This document shows, in pieces, positions 61,611-64,000 of a stretch of DNA of 64,000 bases (positions are counted from its first letter, which is position 1; the number at the start of each line of letters is the position of its first letter). Under the pieces are notes generated by a model. The model worked only from the letters and a program-made list of their open reading frames with translations, had not been told where the DNA came from and ran no database searches. Made by a program: the position numbers and the translations under genes. The DNA is from Promethearchaeota archaeon (GTDB lineage Archaea > Asgardarchaeota > Lokiarchaeia > Sigyniarchaeales > SOKP01): positions 96,001 to 160,000 of the forward strand of contig JAUVXW010000002.1 in the NCBI GenBank assembly GCA_030603385.1. Direction: 5' to 3'.

Positions 61611-61907
61611 TTACTTAACGTCAAATAATTTCTTCGCTTGCTTTATTCTGAGGCCATTTATGCCCCATAATTCCTTAAACCAGTATTTTCCCTTATGTAA
61701 AATGGCTGGAGTATTCACAATACATCCATCTGCATCACAGAATGTCCCCAGAAAATTTTTATCTTGTAATAATTCATGAACAAACTCCTCATCGTCAATA
61801 TCTCTTTCAATATATTTAACATCATTCTCTTTCATCCACCCTTTGAGTTCAATACATCTGTGACAATCCTCTTTTGTAATAATAATGGGAATATTTGCTT
61901 TAGACAT
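61611..61907 (-). CDS. Glutaredoxin-like protein
   Basis: CHRC, extra CDADGC, TP. Confidence 0.75.
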   Translation of the reverse strand: MSKANIPIIITKEDCHRCIELKGWMKENDVKYIERDIDDEEFVHELLQDKNFLGTFCDADGCIVNTPAILHKGKYWFKELWGINGLRIKQAKKLFDVK

Positions 61908-62130
61908 AATTAAAAGATGAAAAATAAGTTTATAAAATTTTCATCTATAAGTTGTAATAAGAAACATAATGAATACTATGCATTTCAAGAAAATAAAAAA
62001 AAAAATTAATAATTAATAAACTCATTTTAATTTCATTTAGTTTTAAATTTTCATTCTAAGGATTCTTAATAAAATATTAACATTAGATTATTATTAGTTA
62101 AGATTCTTTTAATGAGTAAGGTTGATTATA

Positions 62131-62442
62131 ATGTCAGTAGAAAAATTATTTGAGAAACATGCAAAAAAAATCAATGGAGAAAAAGGTGTTAATGATAACA
62201 TTCTCGTTTTCACTTTATCAACCTGTATGTGGTGTAAAAAATGCAAAAGTTTCTTGAATGACCGGAATATGACATATAGATATATTGAAGTTGATAAAAT
62301 CGAACTACAAGATAAATCGAAAATTCTTGATTATTTAAAAAGTACATATCAAGAGAGAATATCCTATCCTTTTCTTGTTTGTGAAAAAGGTTATGTAGCT
62401 GGATATAATCCAAATAAATATGTGGAATTATTAGAAAATTGA
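62131..62442 (+). CDS. Glutaredoxin (NrdH-like)
   Basis: TLSTCMWCKK, SYP, GYNP; ATG 62131 preferred. Confidence 0.88.
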   Translation: MSVEKLFEKHAKKINGEKGVNDNILVFTLSTCMWCKKCKSFLNDRNMTYRYIEVDKIELQDKSKILDYLKSTYQERISYPFLVCEKGYVAGYNPNKYVELLEN

Positions 62443-62449
62443 GGGGATT

Positions 62450-62821
62450 ATGGTGGATATGGAAACAAAAGAAGGAATGAAAAAATATGTGAAACTAGTA
62501 GCAGACACAAATATTTGGATTTTAAATAAAGATCAACAAATTTTTTATGATTTAATAGAGGGATTGGTTGATAACAAGAAATCGTATGGATATCAATCAT
62601 GCCCATGTCGACTTGCAAGTGGTAAGAGAGATTTAGATCGAGATCTTATTTGCCCATGTGATTATGCCCCCCCTGATATAAAACAATATGGCGCATGCTA
62701 TTGTAATCTATATTTAAGCTCTGATTTCTATGAAAAAAATGTCGATTTTATCGTAGTTCCAGAACGGCGACCTATTGATAAAGAAAATGCAGTGCTGGAA
62801 TATATTAACAATGATAAGTAA
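62450..62821 (+). CDS. Ferredoxin:thioredoxin/glutaredoxin reductase catalytic subunit
   Basis: CPCR, CPC, CYC motifs. Confidence 0.92.
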   Translation: MVDMETKEGMKKYVKLVADTNIWILNKDQQIFYDLIEGLVDNKKSYGYQSCPCRLASGKRDLDRDLICPCDYAPPDIKQYGACYCNLYLSSDFYEKNVDFIVVPERRPIDKENAVLEYINNDK

Positions 62822-62925
62822 ATTAGTTCGGATATATCAATTCTTTTTTTCTTTAAAATGTAGAATCAGAATATCAATATTTCATAATCTATATTTTTAA
62901 ATATTGCACTTCCTCTTTGTTAAAT

Positions 62926-63084
62926 ATGCCAGATAATGAAATAACTGATGATGAGTTAGAGAAGGAACTCGATAAATCATTTAAAGAAAATGAAGCCAAA
63001 CGAGACAACTGTGGAGTTCCAATATCTAGTAATAAAGAGGTTGGAATTCAAAGAACAGATGTCAAACTAAAAAAAGATAAATAA
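62926..63084 (+). CDS. Small hypothetical protein (52 aa)
   Basis: MPDNEITDDELEKELDKSFKENEAKRDNCGVP...; TATA-like box ~25 nt upstream. Confidence 0.45.
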   Translation: MPDNEITDDELEKELDKSFKENEAKRDNCGVPISSNKEVGIQRTDVKLKKDK

Positions 63085-63137
63085 GTTTAATTAACAAAAA
63101 ATATTTTTTATTCTTTCTTACTATGAATATATTTATT

Positions 63138-64000
63138 TCAGTTCAATTCTGGAATCAATATAACAAAATTACTACCTTGTTCATAATCATCTTTAATACG
63201 ATTTTCAACCCAAATTTTCCCATTGTAGCTTTTGATAATTTTTTTCACAAGAGATAAGCCAATACCCATCCCTCTAACTTTCTTATCTCTTTTATAGCCT
63301 TTTTGAAATACTGATTCTTTATTTTCATCAAATATTCCAATACCGTTATCCATAAATTCTAATTTAATGAATTTATTTTTGTTAATTTCTTCTCTAAAGA
63401 TATTAATTTGAATTTCTATAGTCTCATTCTTATTATATTTAATTGCATTATGTAGGATGTTTTCGAATACATCTAATAAAAATTCATTTGCCATAACAAT
63501 GATCGCTTCACCTGTTTTATTGATTTTAATATCCAGTTTCTTTCCTCGTGAACTTCTATCTGCAAAAATAATTGCTTCATCTAAGGATTTATAAAGATTA
63601 ACTTTCTTTAAGTTAATTTCTGTTTCTTGAATTTTTGAAAGTTTATACACATTATCAATTAATTTTACACCCCGATTAATTTGATTGTCTATGATTTGAA
63701 AAAGGTCTTCAAGTTTATCTAAATCTTTTGAGCTTTCTCTTAAAATTGAGATTAATTCGGCTGATGACAGTATATTATGAAAGATGTTATTCATGTCATG
63801 TGTAAAAATATCTTTATAAAATTCAGCTCTTTCAAAGGCATCACGATATTTTTTCTCTGATTTACGTAATTCCTGTTCAGCATGTTGATGCTCAGTTATA
63901 TCTTTAAAACTCCATACTCGCCCCACATTTCTCCCGTCATGGAATAATGGACAAGAATATTGTTCAAAAATTCTCCCATCCTTAAAAAAAATCATGTCAT
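63138..64000 (-). CDS. PAS-domain sensor histidine kinase (5' part outside the window)
   Basis: THDMNN H-box, NAIKY, DNGIG, GMGIGL, GSNF. Confidence 0.92.
   Translation of the reverse strand, partial: DMIFFKDGRIFEQYSCPLFHDGRNVGRVWSFKDITEHQHAEQELRKSEKKYRDAFERAEFYKDIFTHDMNNIFHNILSSAELISILRESSKDLDKLEDLFQIIDNQINRGVKLIDNVYKLSKIQETEINLKKVNLYKSLDEAIIFADRSSRGKKLDIKINKTGEAIIVMANEFLLDVFENILHNAIKYNKNETIEIQINIFREEINKNKFIKLEFMDNGIGIFDENKESVFQKGYKRDKKVRGMGIGLSLVKKIIKSYNGKIWVENRIKDDYEQGSNFVILIPELN

Noticed and set aside
3945-62413. Numerous short antisense or overlapping ORFs in the track (e.g. 4296-4598, 8036-8512, 32464-32982, 55320-55808)
   Set aside because: Shadow ORFs of well-supported genes, with no motifs of their own.
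1-64000. CRISPR arrays, tRNA/rRNA genes, transposases, selenoprotein read-through
   Set aside because: No regularly spaced repeats, cloverleafs, transposase motifs or Cys-aligned in-frame TGA codons were noticed on manual reading.

Overview
AT-rich archaeal chromosomal segment, most likely Asgard/Lokiarchaeia. This assignment rests on eS26, roadblock and longin-like proteins, a SNAP-like TPR protein, and the archaeal rnp4-yhbY-rps19e-PDCD5-rpl39e-rpl31e-eIF6-rpl18a-pfdA-ftsY-secE block. Contents: translation and secretion genes, DnaG, a Get3/ArsA ATPase, a GC-rich foreign-looking FAD oxidoreductase, AhcY, archaeosine synthesis genes, Gar1-TFB, a Ni/Co ECF transporter, CdhE, RNase Z, an ABC exporter, and a ~20 kb Fe-S/sulfur/oxidative-stress region. 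Most notable: (1) at least six genes, including eS19, eS26 and TFB, appear to start at AUU behind a Shine-Dalgarno-like motif; (2) an unannotated ~305-nt structured RNA with its own promoter and terminator (18739-19049); (3) a second ~155-nt structured element upstream of a corrinoid protein gene; (4) a diverged duplicate of the RNase Z 3' end that looks like an integration scar. All family assignments come from motif recognition by eye; no database searches were run.
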